A stretch of 36,676 bases of DNA from Campylobacteraceae bacterium (GCA_027023145.1 JALVWV010000196.1:1-36676), one strand, 5' to 3'. Shown: positions 24,370 to 32,702, counted from the first letter of the stretch. Notes: generated by a model from the letters alone, not told the origin. Numbers and translations: made by a program.

Positions 24370-25473
24370 CTACACGTTAAACCTGAAATGCATCACATCC
24401 CCGTCCTGGACGATGTACTCTTTTCCTTCAAGGCGCATTTTGCCCGCTTCTTTGGCTCCGGCCTCCCCGCCGTGCTCGACAAAATCGTCGTAACTGATCA
24501 CTTCGGCACGGATGAAGCCTTTCTCAAAATCGTTGTGGATCACGGCGGCGGCTTTGGGGGCGGGGGTGCCTTTGCGGATGGTCCAGGCACGGACTTCTTT
24601 GACTCCGGCGGTGAAGTAGCTCATGAGACCGAGTTTGTCAAAGCCTTTGCGGATGATCTGATCGAGGCCGGACTCTTCGACGCCGAGGGATTCGAGCATC
24701 TCGGTTTTTTCCTCTTCGTCGAACTCCACCATCTCCTCTTCGATCTTGGCGCAGAGTTTGATCACTTCGCGGTCATGCTTGGCGGCGTATTCCCGGAGGG
24801 CGGTGACGTAGGCGTTGTCTGCTTCGAGCCCCTCTTCATCGACGTTGGCGCCGTACATGATCTCCTTGGCCGTGAGGAAGCGCAGGTCGCGCACCAGCTG
24901 GCGGAACCCCTCGTCGTCCTGTTCAGGGAAGGTGCTGACAGGGTTTTCAGCTTCGAGGTGGGGGAGGAGTTTTTCGGCCACGGCAAGCTGGGCTTTGGCA
25001 TCCCGGTCATTCCCTTTGGCCTTTTTCTGCAGGGCGGAGATCCGTTTTTCGAGTGCGTCCATGTCCGCCAGCAGCAATTCGGTCTCGATGATCTCGATAT
25101 CGCGCACCGGATCGATGGAGCCCTCGACGTGGGTGATGTTTTCATCCTCAAAACAGCGCACAATCTGGAGGATCACTTCGGTTTCGCGGATGTTGGAGAG
25201 AAACTTGTTGCCCAGCCCTTCGCCCTGGCTTGCTCCTTTGACCAGTCCGGCGATGTCCACGAAGTCGAGGGTGGAGTACTGGATCCGCTCAGGATTGACG
25301 ATCCTAGCCAGCGCTTCGAGGCGCGGATCGGGGACGGGGACGACTGCTTTGTTGGGTTCGATGGTGCAGAAGGGGTAGTTGGCACTCTCAGCGTTTTGTG
25401 CTTTGGTGAGTGCGTTGAAGGTGGTTGATTTGCCGACGTTGGGGAGTCCGACGAGTCCGATGCCTAGTCCCAT
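24370..25473 (-). CDS. ychF: ribosome-binding ATPase YchF
   Basis: 367-aa ORF with [28 protein letters not shown], and a C-terminal TGS-like end ([26 protein letters not shown]). Confidence 0.95.
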   Translation of the reverse strand: MGLGIGLVGLPNVGKSTTFNALTKAQNAESANYPFCTIEPNKAVVPVPDPRLEALARIVNPERIQYSTLDFVDIAGLVKGASQGEGLGNKFLSNIRETEVILQIVRCFEDENITHVEGSIDPVRDIEIIETELLLADMDALEKRISALQKKAKGNDRDAKAQLAVAEKLLPHLEAENPVSTFPEQDDEGFRQLVRDLRFLTAKEIMYGANVDEEGLEADNAYVTALREYAAKHDREVIKLCAKIEEEMVEFDEEEKTEMLESLGVEESGLDQIIRKGFDKLGLMSYFTAGVKEVRAWTIRKGTPAPKAAAVIHNDFEKGFIRAEVISYDDFVEHGGEAGAKEAGKMRLEGKEYIVQDGDVMHFRFNV

Positions 25474-25697
25474 AGTAGTGATTCCTTACGATTAAATTGT
25501 CGCGATTATATCTAAAAGGGGAAAAAGGGGAGATGAAATCAACGTTTTCGCTCCATGGCTCCAGCTGTGGAGTGACATATTGGAGGTTTTAATTGTACTT
25601 TGGATTTCACTTTATGTGTGTACTGTCAATAAATATACTCTATCTTTCTTTAGCCAAAAATCGTTATAATCGGACTATCTGATATAAAGGAGCGGGT

Positions 25698-25970
25698 ATG
25701 ACTATAAAAATAGATAACCCCGAAATAGAGCACTTCTTTATAAATGAATTCAAATCGGATATTAAACAATTTTCTGAATTTATTTTGATGAATCTTGAAA
25801 AATACAAAAAACAAAATGACTTCAATATTACTCCTCTTGATCCGCAGAAGAACTCTTATAAATTAGAATTTGACGATATTGAAGAGGTTGATGAAAGTGC
25901 CAATCCCTTTAAAGATATTGATGATGTAGCTACATATGCTCGAAGATTACGAGAAAATGCATGGCGATAG
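25698..25970 (+). CDS. putative antitoxin partner of the downstream PIN toxin (family not recognised)
   Basis: 90-aa acidic ORF with an AAGGAG RBS. It overlaps the PIN gene by 10 nt. The DNA is AT-rich. The call rests on context only. Confidence 0.55.
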   Translation: MTIKIDNPEIEHFFINEFKSDIKQFSEFILMNLEKYKKQNDFNITPLDPQKNSYKLEFDDIEEVDESANPFKDIDDVATYARRLRENAWR

Positions 25971-26335
25971 TTTTTGTAGATACCAATATTGTGATTGACT
26001 ATCTCAAAAAGAGAGACAATGAGGCTCTTATAGAGTTTGTTGACAGCTTTGATACCGTGTATATCAATGATGTTGTCATTATGGAACTTTATCAGGGAGC
26101 CAGGGATAAGAGAGAGTTAAACTATATTAAAAAAAAGATAATGAAATTTGAAGTTTTGAAAATGAATCAGGAGATCATATCTTTGGCAAGAGAAATTTTA
26201 GATCGTTATACCTTGTCTCACAATACCAAAATAATGGATGCACTTATTGCCTCAACTGTCATTATGTACAATATGGATTTATACACTTTCAACAAAAAAG
26301 ACTTTAGATATCTAAAACAGGTTAAACTAATTTAA
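25961..26335 (+). CDS. vapC: PIN-domain ribonuclease toxin, VapC-like
   Basis: 124-aa ORF. Acidic PIN residues in the expected contexts: FVDTNIVIDYL, MELYQG, MDALIAST, TFNKKDF. Confidence 0.85.
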   Translation: MAIVFVDTNIVIDYLKKRDNEALIEFVDSFDTVYINDVVIMELYQGARDKRELNYIKKKIMKFEVLKMNQEIISLAREILDRYTLSHNTKIMDALIASTVIMYNMDLYTFNKKDFRYLKQVKLI

Positions 26336-26351
26336 AAAGAAGGAATACACC

Positions 26352-26666
26352 ATGCGTTTTTTTACCTGGATTATTATGGGGATACTGGGAATAGCGGCTT
26401 TGAGCGGTTGTGCCCCAAAGGGAGAGCAGGTGATGATCCAAAATGCTAAAAGCTCGGATTATGCGACAGGATACGGTGATGGGTGTGAGAGTGGACGAGC
26501 CGACGCGGGGTCTGTGACGTCTATGGCGCAGAAAGATGGGGAAAAATATCAAAACAATTCCCAATACAAAGAGGGGTGGGATACCGGGTTCAGGGAGTGC
26601 AAGTTTCGAGAGCTGCAAGTCTCAAAACTCTCAAAAAGAGACCCCAAAAAACCGGTACGTTTCTAA
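26352..26666 (+). CDS. small lipoprotein, function unknown
   Basis: 104-aa ORF. Lipobox IAALSGCA. Internal GYGDGCESG / YKEGWDTGFRECK motifs. Followed by a hairpin and T-run. Confidence 0.6.
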   Translation: MRFFTWIIMGILGIAALSGCAPKGEQVMIQNAKSSDYATGYGDGCESGRADAGSVTSMAQKDGEKYQNNSQYKEGWDTGFRECKFRELQVSKLSKRDPKKPVRF

Positions 26667-26670
26667 GGGG

Positions 26671-26707
26671 ACGCGACTTCAGTCGCGTTTTGTGGGACTG
26701 AAGTCCC
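26671..26707 (+). terminator. back-to-back hairpins ACGCGACTTCAGTCGCGT-TTTT and GGGACTGAAGTCCC(AGCCCC)-TTTCTT; likely terminator of the small lipoprotein gene
   Basis: The first stem starts 5 nt after TAA 26664-26666 and is followed directly by TTTT. The second is the inverted copy of the GGGGCTGGGACTTCAGTCCCAC module. Confidence 0.6.
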
Positions 26708-26760
26708 AGCCCCTTTCTTCCGACAGGGAACGCACATATTACGTTTGATGCAGTCGTATG

Positions 26761-26786
26761 CGTGCCATATCAGGAGATAGGGCACG
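26761..26786 (+). repeat. AGGA-loop hairpin module (TCGTATG-CGTGCCATATC-AGGA-GATAGGGCACG-AG)
   Basis: 11-bp stem with one mismatch. The flanks and loop match 16047-16072, but the stem sequence differs. Confidence 0.85.
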
Positions 26787-26805
26787 AGACAATGCGATTT
26801 ATTTT

Positions 26806-26884
26806 GGAAGTGAAGGCTTCAGCCTCACCTTGAGGTTGCTATGTTATTTGACCTTTTGGGCGGGACTGAAGTCTCCGCTTCCGG
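26806..26884 (+). mobile_element. 78-bp TIR-bounded MITE/REPIN-like element, copy 2
   Basis: Aligns with 32810-32887 and with the reverse complement of 21128-21205. Confidence 0.7.
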
Positions 26885-26898
26885 GAAAATCGGTGGAA

Positions 26899-26918
26899 GG
26901 TGCGCAATTGCACACTAC
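26899..26918 (-). repeat. GTAG-headed palindrome on the minus strand (GTAGTGTGCAATTGCGCACC); its GTAG contains the der stop codon
   Basis: The minus strand reads GAA GAG TAG TGT GCA ATT GCG CAC C. The der stop is at 26915-26917. Confidence 0.85.
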
Positions 26919-28300
26919 TCTTCTGCTACTCGCTCACCTCGTTTCCGTGCCACGATATCCAGCGGTACCCCTTCGAAATCGAACGCTTCGCGGAAGGCGT
27001 TGGCGAGGTAGCGTTGGTAGCTGAAGTGGAGGAAGTTTGGTTTGTTGACAATCAGGGCGATTTTGGGGGGTTGGGTTTCGTACTGGGTGGCAAATTTGAT
27101 CTTGACCACCGCACCGTTGTGGCTGGGGACGTGGTGGCGGCGCATGGCGCGTTGGAGCACTTCGTTGAGCTTGGCTGTCGGGATGCGCTGGCTGTAGCGT
27201 CGGTAGATGGCGACGATCTCATCGAGGATGCGGGGGACGCGTTTGCCGGTCTTGGCTGAGAGGGTGATGATGGGGGCGAAATGGAGGAACTTGAGCTCGT
27301 CGCGCACCTCCTGGATCGCTTCCTCGTAGGTTTTGTCTCCCCGGATGTCCCATTTGTTGAGGACGATGATGGTGCCAAGTTTGTACTTCTCGGTGATCCC
27401 GGCGATCCGTTCATCCAGCTCGGTGATCCCCACACTTGCATCGATCATCACCAGTGCGATGTCAGCTTTCTCCAGCATCGCTTCGGTGCGGGAGAGGGCG
27501 TATTTTTCGATCCCGACGATCTTGCCCCGGCGGCGGATTCCGGCGGTATCGACGAAGGTGATTTGGTAGTCGTCGTAGGTGATTGTTTCATCGATAGGGT
27601 CGATGGTGGTGCCGGCCACATCGCTGACGACGGAACGCTCTTGCCCCAGCAGCGCGTTAAGCAGAGAGCTTTTGCCAGTGTTGACCCGGCCAATGATCGC
27701 CACACGGATGTCACGGCTCTCCTCTTGGGGGGCATCTTCTTGCTCAAGAAATTGCTCGAGGGAGAAATCATCGTCCTCGATGGTCTCTGGCTCGATGAAC
27801 GTTTCCCGCTCGGGGATGTACGGCTCGAGCCAGCGATAAAATGGGGTCATCTTGCGGTTGTGGCTGACGGAGATGGGGAAGATGTTTTCGGCACCAAACT
27901 CGACAAACTCCCAAAAACGCCCCTGCTCCTCTTTATCATTGTCGATTTTATTGACCACCAGCGCGATCGGTTTGCCCAGCTCCTGCAGGCGGTAAAAGAG
28001 TTTTTTATCTTCCTCATCTGGGAGGCTCTTGCCGTCGACCATGTAGAGGATTACATCAGCTTCCTCTGCGGCACGCATTGCCATGTCGCCGACTTTGGAA
28101 AAGAGATCACTGGTGTAGTCGATCCCGCCGGTATCGAGGACTTCGAAATCGCGGTTTTCGGAGATGGTGACGATCCGCTTCTTGACATCGCGTGTGGTGC
28201 CGCTGATGTCGGAGGTGATGGCGTCCCGTTGACGTGCCAAGCGGTTAAATAAGGAACTTTTGCCCACGTTGGGGCGACCAAGGATGGCGACTTTTTTCAT
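26915..28300 (-). CDS. der: ribosome biogenesis GTPase Der (EngA), double GTPase domain
   Basis: 461-aa ORF with two G1 motifs (GRPNVGKSSLFN, GRVNTGKSSLLN), two NKxD motifs (NKID, NKWD) and a KH-like C-terminus. Confidence 0.95.
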   Translation of the reverse strand: MKKVAILGRPNVGKSSLFNRLARQRDAITSDISGTTRDVKKRIVTISENRDFEVLDTGGIDYTSDLFSKVGDMAMRAAEEADVILYMVDGKSLPDEEDKKLFYRLQELGKPIALVVNKIDNDKEEQGRFWEFVEFGAENIFPISVSHNRKMTPFYRWLEPYIPERETFIEPETIEDDDFSLEQFLEQEDAPQEESRDIRVAIIGRVNTGKSSLLNALLGQERSVVSDVAGTTIDPIDETITYDDYQITFVDTAGIRRRGKIVGIEKYALSRTEAMLEKADIALVMIDASVGITELDERIAGITEKYKLGTIIVLNKWDIRGDKTYEEAIQEVRDELKFLHFAPIITLSAKTGKRVPRILDEIVAIYRRYSQRIPTAKLNEVLQRAMRRHHVPSHNGAVVKIKFATQYETQPPKIALIVNKPNFLHFSYQRYLANAFREAFDFEGVPLDIVARKRGERVAEE

Positions 28301-29508
28301 GCGATCTCCTGTGATGTAGAGGTAGGAAGAGTCTCGACGTAGAGGCTCTGAGACGGGAAGGCGAAGCTCGCCCCATGCTGCTCGACAATCTCCATGATCT
28401 TGAGGTTGATATCCTCGCGGATATTGAGATAGGTTTTCCAGTCGGAACTGGAAGCAAAGGTATAAATCATAATCCCCAGATCGCTGGCATTGAAGTCTCG
28501 GAAGTTAACAAGTTTGGCCTGATCCTGCGCAATGTCAGGGTGGTGATCGAGCAGGGTACGCAGATCGGTGATGATCGCCTCCAGGGTCTCGCGGGAGGTG
28601 TCATAGGTCAGACCGATGAACATTTTGATCCGCCGGATGCCACGTCGGGAGTAGTTTTCGATGGGGCTGGAGGCAACCATAGCATTGGGGATGGCGATGA
28701 TCGATTTCTCAAAGGTTCGGATTTTGGTGGTGCGCATGCCGATATCCTCGACCGTCCCTTCGACCCCGGCAACGCGGATCCATTCACCCACTTTGACGGA
28801 GCGATCCACCAGCAAGGCAACGGAGCCGAAGAGGTTGGCCGCCGTGTCCTTGGCCGCCAGCGCCAGCGCCAGTCCCCCGATCCCCAGTGAGGCAAAAAAG
28901 GCGGTGACATTGATCCCAAAATTATACAGGATTGCCATCAGACCAATGATCACGATAAAAATCCGGATAATGCGGATCAGGAAATTGGTCAATTCATACG
29001 AAAGGTGGTCGTTGGTGTGGCTGTAGCGGTAGAGAGAGGCTTTGAGTGCGGGTGTGATGGCGTACAAGACCCAGAAGACCGTATAGATGGTCATCGCATC
29101 GAGGATCATTTTGACCCAATGGGTTTCGCGGAAGATGAGCTGGAAAAAGACCCGTAACCCGAGGATGATAAAGAAGAAACGCAACGGATTGCGCAATTCA
29201 CGGACGATCATGTCATCCAAGGTAGTTGTGGTACGTGCGGTGATGTGCAGCAGGGAGGCAATGATCAGCGACGAGAAGAGGGTACGCAATAGGAGGAAGA
29301 AGAGAAATGCCAAAATGGCCGCGAGGAAATTGGCCAGAGGGATTCCAAAAAACGAGAGGGAAAAATATTCACTGTATGTACCGCTGTAGAGTTTGTTGAG
29401 CCAGGGTTGGATGGAGTGGTAGAGATCAATATTGAGTCCGTCGATCACCTGAGTGCCGGTTTGAACGACTTTGTCAATGGCGTGGGCTGTCGTGTTGGCA
29501 TCACTCAT
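28297..29508 (-). CDS. mechanosensitive ion channel (MscS family) protein
   Basis: 403-aa ORF with multiple TM helices, then GGLALALAAKDTAANLFGS...VKVGEWIRV..VEGTVEDIGMRTTKIRTF. 4-nt overlap with der. Confidence 0.85.
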   Translation of the reverse strand: MSDANTTAHAIDKVVQTGTQVIDGLNIDLYHSIQPWLNKLYSGTYSEYFSLSFFGIPLANFLAAILAFLFFLLLRTLFSSLIIASLLHITARTTTTLDDMIVRELRNPLRFFFIILGLRVFFQLIFRETHWVKMILDAMTIYTVFWVLYAITPALKASLYRYSHTNDHLSYELTNFLIRIIRIFIVIIGLMAILYNFGINVTAFFASLGIGGLALALAAKDTAANLFGSVALLVDRSVKVGEWIRVAGVEGTVEDIGMRTTKIRTFEKSIIAIPNAMVASSPIENYSRRGIRRIKMFIGLTYDTSRETLEAIITDLRTLLDHHPDIAQDQAKLVNFRDFNASDLGIMIYTFASSSDWKTYLNIREDINLKIMEIVEQHGASFAFPSQSLYVETLPTSTSQEIA

Positions 29509-29548
29509 CGGTTTTCCTCTAAGATTTTAGAGAATTCTACCCAAAATA

Positions 29549-29557
29549 TGTTATACT
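29549..29557 (+). promoter_or_regulatory. candidate extended -10 (TGtTATACT) 6 nt upstream of ATG 29564 (leaderless layout)
   Basis: Read directly. There is no Shine-Dalgarno sequence between it and the start codon. Confidence 0.35.
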
Positions 29558-29563
29558 CTCTGT

Positions 29564-30289
29564 ATGATAATACGCGCCATTCTTTTACTATCAATGTTTT
29601 TTTTCGCAGGATGCCAAGGGAACGGTCGCTTCAGCGTGCATTCTTCTCTTTTGGGGGAGTTTGCGACGGCCGATGTGCGCAGCACCGAGAGCAGCAGTCG
29701 CTATACGATCACCATCCGTGTCCACTCGACAGGGATCTACAATCTCGTACGCGGCAAACGTACCGAAAAATATACCTCGAAAGGGAGTGTACGTCGCGGT
29801 AAGTACTACAGCCACCTTTTTGCTGTCGAAAAATGGGCGAACGGCAAACACTCCCTGACTGAATACACCTTTGATTACCGTCGACACAAAATCCGTCGCC
29901 ATTATCGCGACTGGATCCAAGGCAAAGCAAATGAGGATGTGACCGATACGATGGAGTATTTCGGGCATGATGATTTCTTGACGGTGATGCACAATGCCGT
30001 GCGTGGTGAGCTCAAAACATCCGGACGACGTAAAACCGTCATTGTCGCCGGAGCTGACAACAGTCACGGGAAAGTGCCGGTCTACGTCTCCAACGATCCC
30101 AAACGCCTTCAGCGCTGGGGTGGGCCGGCGGATGGTGCTTTGATCCAAGTGGGGATCGCCAAAGGGATCTTTGATGGGGGTAAGGGAAGCATCACAGCGG
30201 TACTTGATGCCCAAAACCGTCCGATCAAATTGATCATCAAAAAAGTCAAAATTGTCCGAACCGTTACCGTAACACCCACAAAAAAATAG
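29564..30289 (+). CDS. hypothetical lipoprotein (possibly DUF3108-like)
   Basis: 241-aa ORF with signal peptide and Cys (MFFFAGCQG). No motif I can assign confidently. Confidence 0.55.
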   Translation: MIIRAILLLSMFFFAGCQGNGRFSVHSSLLGEFATADVRSTESSSRYTITIRVHSTGIYNLVRGKRTEKYTSKGSVRRGKYYSHLFAVEKWANGKHSLTEYTFDYRRHKIRRHYRDWIQGKANEDVTDTMEYFGHDDFLTVMHNAVRGELKTSGRRKTVIVAGADNSHGKVPVYVSNDPKRLQRWGGPADGALIQVGIAKGIFDGGKGSITAVLDAQNRPIKLIIKKVKIVRTVTVTPTKK

Positions 30290-30297
30290 GAGAAATA

Positions 30298-30774
30298 ATG
30301 AAAACCATCGAAGGAAATTTGAGCGTCGATCGCTCCAAAAAAGTTGCCATCATCAGTGCACGATTCAACCACTTTATCACCGACCGTCTCGTCGAGGGAG
30401 CCAAAGATGCCTACGCCCGCCATGGTGGGCAAGCAGAGGATCTCGATTTGATCCTCGTTCCCGGAGCGTTTGAGATCCCTTTTGCTCTGGACAAGGCGTT
30501 TGCATCCGGTAAGTACGATGCCGTCTGTTGTCTTGGAGCCGTGATCCGGGGGGCGACACCGCATTTTGATTATGTCTCAGCCGAAGCGACCAAAGGGGTA
30601 GCCAATGTCACCCTCAAACATGGCAAGCCTGCTTCGTTTGGTGTCCTCACAGTCGACAGCATTGAGCAAGCCATCGAGCGTGCCGGGACAAAAGCGGGCA
30701 ACAAAGGAGCTGAAGCGATGACGGGATTGATCGAGATGATCAATCTGTATGAGGAATTAGGAGTGAGGAATTAG
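30298..30774 (+). CDS. ribH: 6,7-dimethyl-8-ribityllumazine synthase
   Basis: 158-aa ORF with [43 protein letters not shown]. The last 7 codons and the stop lie in an AGGAATT heptamer array. Confidence 0.95.
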   Translation: MKTIEGNLSVDRSKKVAIISARFNHFITDRLVEGAKDAYARHGGQAEDLDLILVPGAFEIPFALDKAFASGKYDAVCCLGAVIRGATPHFDYVSAEATKGVANVTLKHGKPASFGVLTVDSIEQAIERAGTKAGNKGAEAMTGLIEMINLYEELGVRN

Positions 30775-30779
30775 GAATT
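30752..30779 (+). repeat. heptamer array AGGAATT AGGAGTG AGGAATT AGGAATT spanning the ribH 3-prime end and stop
   Basis: Read directly. TAG 30772-30774 straddles the junction of units 3 and 4. The array is followed by TTGG. Confidence 0.9.
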
Positions 30780-30786
30780 TTGGTAT

Positions 30787-30807
30787 GCGTTGCTTTGCAA
30801 CGCTTTT
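30787..30807 (+). terminator. intrinsic terminator-like hairpin GCGTTGC-TTT-GCAACGC plus TTTT after ribH
   Basis: Identical to the hisB copy. Confidence 0.65.
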
Positions 30808-30810
30808 ATT

Positions 30811-30832
30811 GTAGGGTTGGCTTCAGCCGACC
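30811..30832 (+). repeat. GTAG-headed hairpin GTAGGGTTGGCTTCAGCCGACC
   Basis: 7-bp stem including one G-T pair, with a TTCA loop. A second copy lies at 34411-34432. Confidence 0.85.
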
Positions 30833-30908
30833 AAAAATGGCACGAACGCATAGAGATCAAACAGGGGCTGGGACTTCAGTCCCACAAACATCGTTTGCGA
30901 TGTATCGT

Positions 30909-31001
30909 GTAGGGTGGGCAACAGCACACCAAAATCACATCGTGATTGTCAAAATGTTCCTGTAATTCAATCGTTGGAAGGTGCGCAATTGCGCACCCTA
31001 C
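30909..31001. repeat. inverted doublet of GTAG-headed palindromes (30909-30930 on the plus strand; 30980-31001 on the minus strand) with an internal AATCACATCGTGATT hairpin
   Basis: GTAGGGTGGGCAACAGCACACC and, on the minus strand, GTAGGGTGCGCAATTGCGCACC, with a 49-bp spacer. Confidence 0.85.
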
Positions 31002-31040
31002 GCGGGGAACACATTTAAAACCATACACAAAAGGACACCC

Positions 31041-31433
31041 ATGGCCACACGCCGTCAAGCTCGTACCGCTGTCATCGGTCTGCTCTATGCCTACGATCTG
31101 GGCAATGCTAACATCGCACAATTCAGCGACGACATCCTCGAAGAGGGGAAGATCCGGAACAAACAGCGGGAATTTTCCCAAGGGTTGTTCAGGGGTACCA
31201 TCGAGCATCTTGATGAGATTGATGCTGAAATAACTAAACACCTCAAAGAGTGGGATATGGATGGCATCGGCAAGGTCGAAAAGGCGATCCTGCGTCTGGG
31301 CACGTATGAGATCCTCATCGCCGGTACCGATCGCCCCATCATCATCAACGAAGCAGTCGAGCTGGCCAAAGAGCTTGCCGACGACCGGTCGCCGCAGTTT
31401 ATCAATGGGGTTTTGGATGCGGTTGGGAAATGA
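31041..31433 (+). CDS. nusB: transcription antitermination factor NusB
   Basis: The ORF track starts at 30981 inside repeat DNA; I prefer ATG 31041 (MATRRQARTAVIGLLYAYD), preceded by AAAGGA. Contains ILRLGTYEI and INEAVELAK. Confidence 0.9.
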   Translation: MATRRQARTAVIGLLYAYDLGNANIAQFSDDILEEGKIRNKQREFSQGLFRGTIEHLDEIDAEITKHLKEWDMDGIGKVEKAILRLGTYEILIAGTDRPIIINEAVELAKELADDRSPQFINGVLDAVGK

Positions 31434-31461
31434 GTGGGTAGTGGGTAGTGTGTAGTGGGTA
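31434..31461 (+). repeat. heptamer array GTGGGTA x4, starting at the first base after the nusB stop
   Basis: gtgggta gtgggta gtgtgta gtgggta. Confidence 0.9.
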
Positions 31462-31516
31462 GAAATTTATGGTGTTTGGATTGTTGTGGATCTGGTCGCA
31501 GTTGTACTCATCAGGA

Positions 31517-31553
31517 GTAGGGACTTCAGTCCCGTATGTAGGACTGAAGTCCT
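31517..31553 (+). repeat. twin GTAG-headed hairpins GTAGGGACTTCAGTCCC and GTAGGACTGAAGTCCT
   Basis: Read directly. The cores are in opposite orientation (CTTCAG then CTGAAG). Confidence 0.85.
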
Positions 31554-31607
31554 GCCCCCAAAGTTGAAATATCCGCCGATTTAATAAAACAAAGAGAGAA
31601 AATAACT

Positions 31608-32702
31608 ATGAAAAAAACCGTTAAAAAGAGCTCTACCCGCTACCCGCTACCCGCTACCCGCTTGTCTATAAGCGAAGCGATAGACTTAATCGAACACGCC
31701 GACCTCAAAGAACTCGGACGTATGGCATATGCTCGCAAGCAGGAGCTTCACCCCAAAGGGGTTACCACTTTCGTTGTCGATCGCAACATCAACTACACCA
31801 ATATCTGTTGGGTGGACTGCAAATTCTGTGCGTTTTATACCCATGAGAAAAAAGAAGATGCTTATGTACTGAGCTTTGAGGAGATCGACGCCAAGATCGA
31901 TGAGCTCGTGGCCATCGGTGGGACGCAGATTCTCTTCCAGGGAGGGGTGCATCCCAAGCTGGAGATCGAGTGGTACGAAGATCTGGTGGAGCATATTCAT
32001 CAAAAGTATCCTGAAGTGACCATCCACGGTTTCTCAGCCATAGAGATCGACTATATTGCCCGCCGTTCTCACTTGAGCATTCGTGAAGTGCTCGAACGGC
32101 TCCAAGCCAAAGGACTCAGCTCGATCCCGGGAGCCGGAGCCGAGATCCTTAGCGACCGGGTACGCGATATCATCGCTCCGAACAAACTTGACACGGCTAC
32201 CTGGATCGATGTCCACCGCCAAGCCCACACAATCGGGATGAAATCGACCGCGACGATGATGTACGGCACCGTAGAGACGACCCGGGAGATCGTGGAGCAC
32301 TTCGATCACATCCGCCGCTTACAGGATGAGACGGGCGGGTTTCGGGCGTTTATCATGTGGAGTTACCAAAGCGACAACACCGAACTCAAACGCCAACTCC
32401 CCACTCTGAGCAAAACAAGTTCCAACTATTATCTTCGGTTATTGGCTGTGGCACGTCTCTTCCTTGATAATGTCCCCAATATCCAGAGCTCTTGGGTCAC
32501 TCAGGGAAGCTACATCGGTCAGATGGCACTCCGCTGGGGAGCCAATGACCTCGGCTCGACGATGATGGAAGAAAACGTCGTCTCCGCCGCCGGAGCCCAC
32601 AACCAAATGAATCAGGAAGAGATGATCCGCCTTATTGCTGACATCGGAGAGAAACCGGCTAAGCGTAATACGGCGTATGAGATTTTGGAGAGATATTATT
32701 GA
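31608..32702 (+). CDS. radical SAM enzyme of the futalosine (mqn) menaquinone pathway, MqnC/MqnE (CofH-like) family; C versus E cannot be told apart by eye
   Basis: 364-aa ORF. Cluster motif NICWVDCKFCAF, GGTQILFQGG, TATMMYG, GGFRAFIMWSYQ. Codons 9-18 are encoded by a CTACCCG heptamer array. Confidence 0.85.
   Translation: MKKTVKKSSTRYPLPATRLSISEAIDLIEHADLKELGRMAYARKQELHPKGVTTFVVDRNINYTNICWVDCKFCAFYTHEKKEDAYVLSFEEIDAKIDELVAIGGTQILFQGGVHPKLEIEWYEDLVEHIHQKYPEVTIHGFSAIEIDYIARRSHLSIREVLERLQAKGLSSIPGAGAEILSDRVRDIIAPNKLDTATWIDVHRQAHTIGMKSTATMMYGTVETTREIVEHFDHIRRLQDETGGFRAFIMWSYQSDNTELKRQLPTLSKTSSNYYLRLLAVARLFLDNVPNIQSSWVTQGSYIGQMALRWGANDLGSTMMEENVVSAAGAHNQMNQEEMIRLIADIGEKPAKRNTAYEILERYY
31633..31660 (+). 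repeat. heptamer array CTACCCG x4 inside the 5-prime end of the mqn-family CDS; it is the reverse complement of the GGGTAG-type array at 31434-31461
   Basis: ctacccg x4 read directly; it encodes S-T-R-Y-P-L-P-A-T-R. Confidence 0.9.

Noticed and set aside
31633-31660. A phase-variation switch of the mqn-family gene through heptamer copy-number change.
   Set aside because: The idea is plausible in principle because 7 is not a multiple of 3. However, four units is short, an essential menaquinone gene is an unlikely phase-variable target, and an in-frame TTG at 31662 could bypass the array. I kept it only as a caveat inside the related finding.
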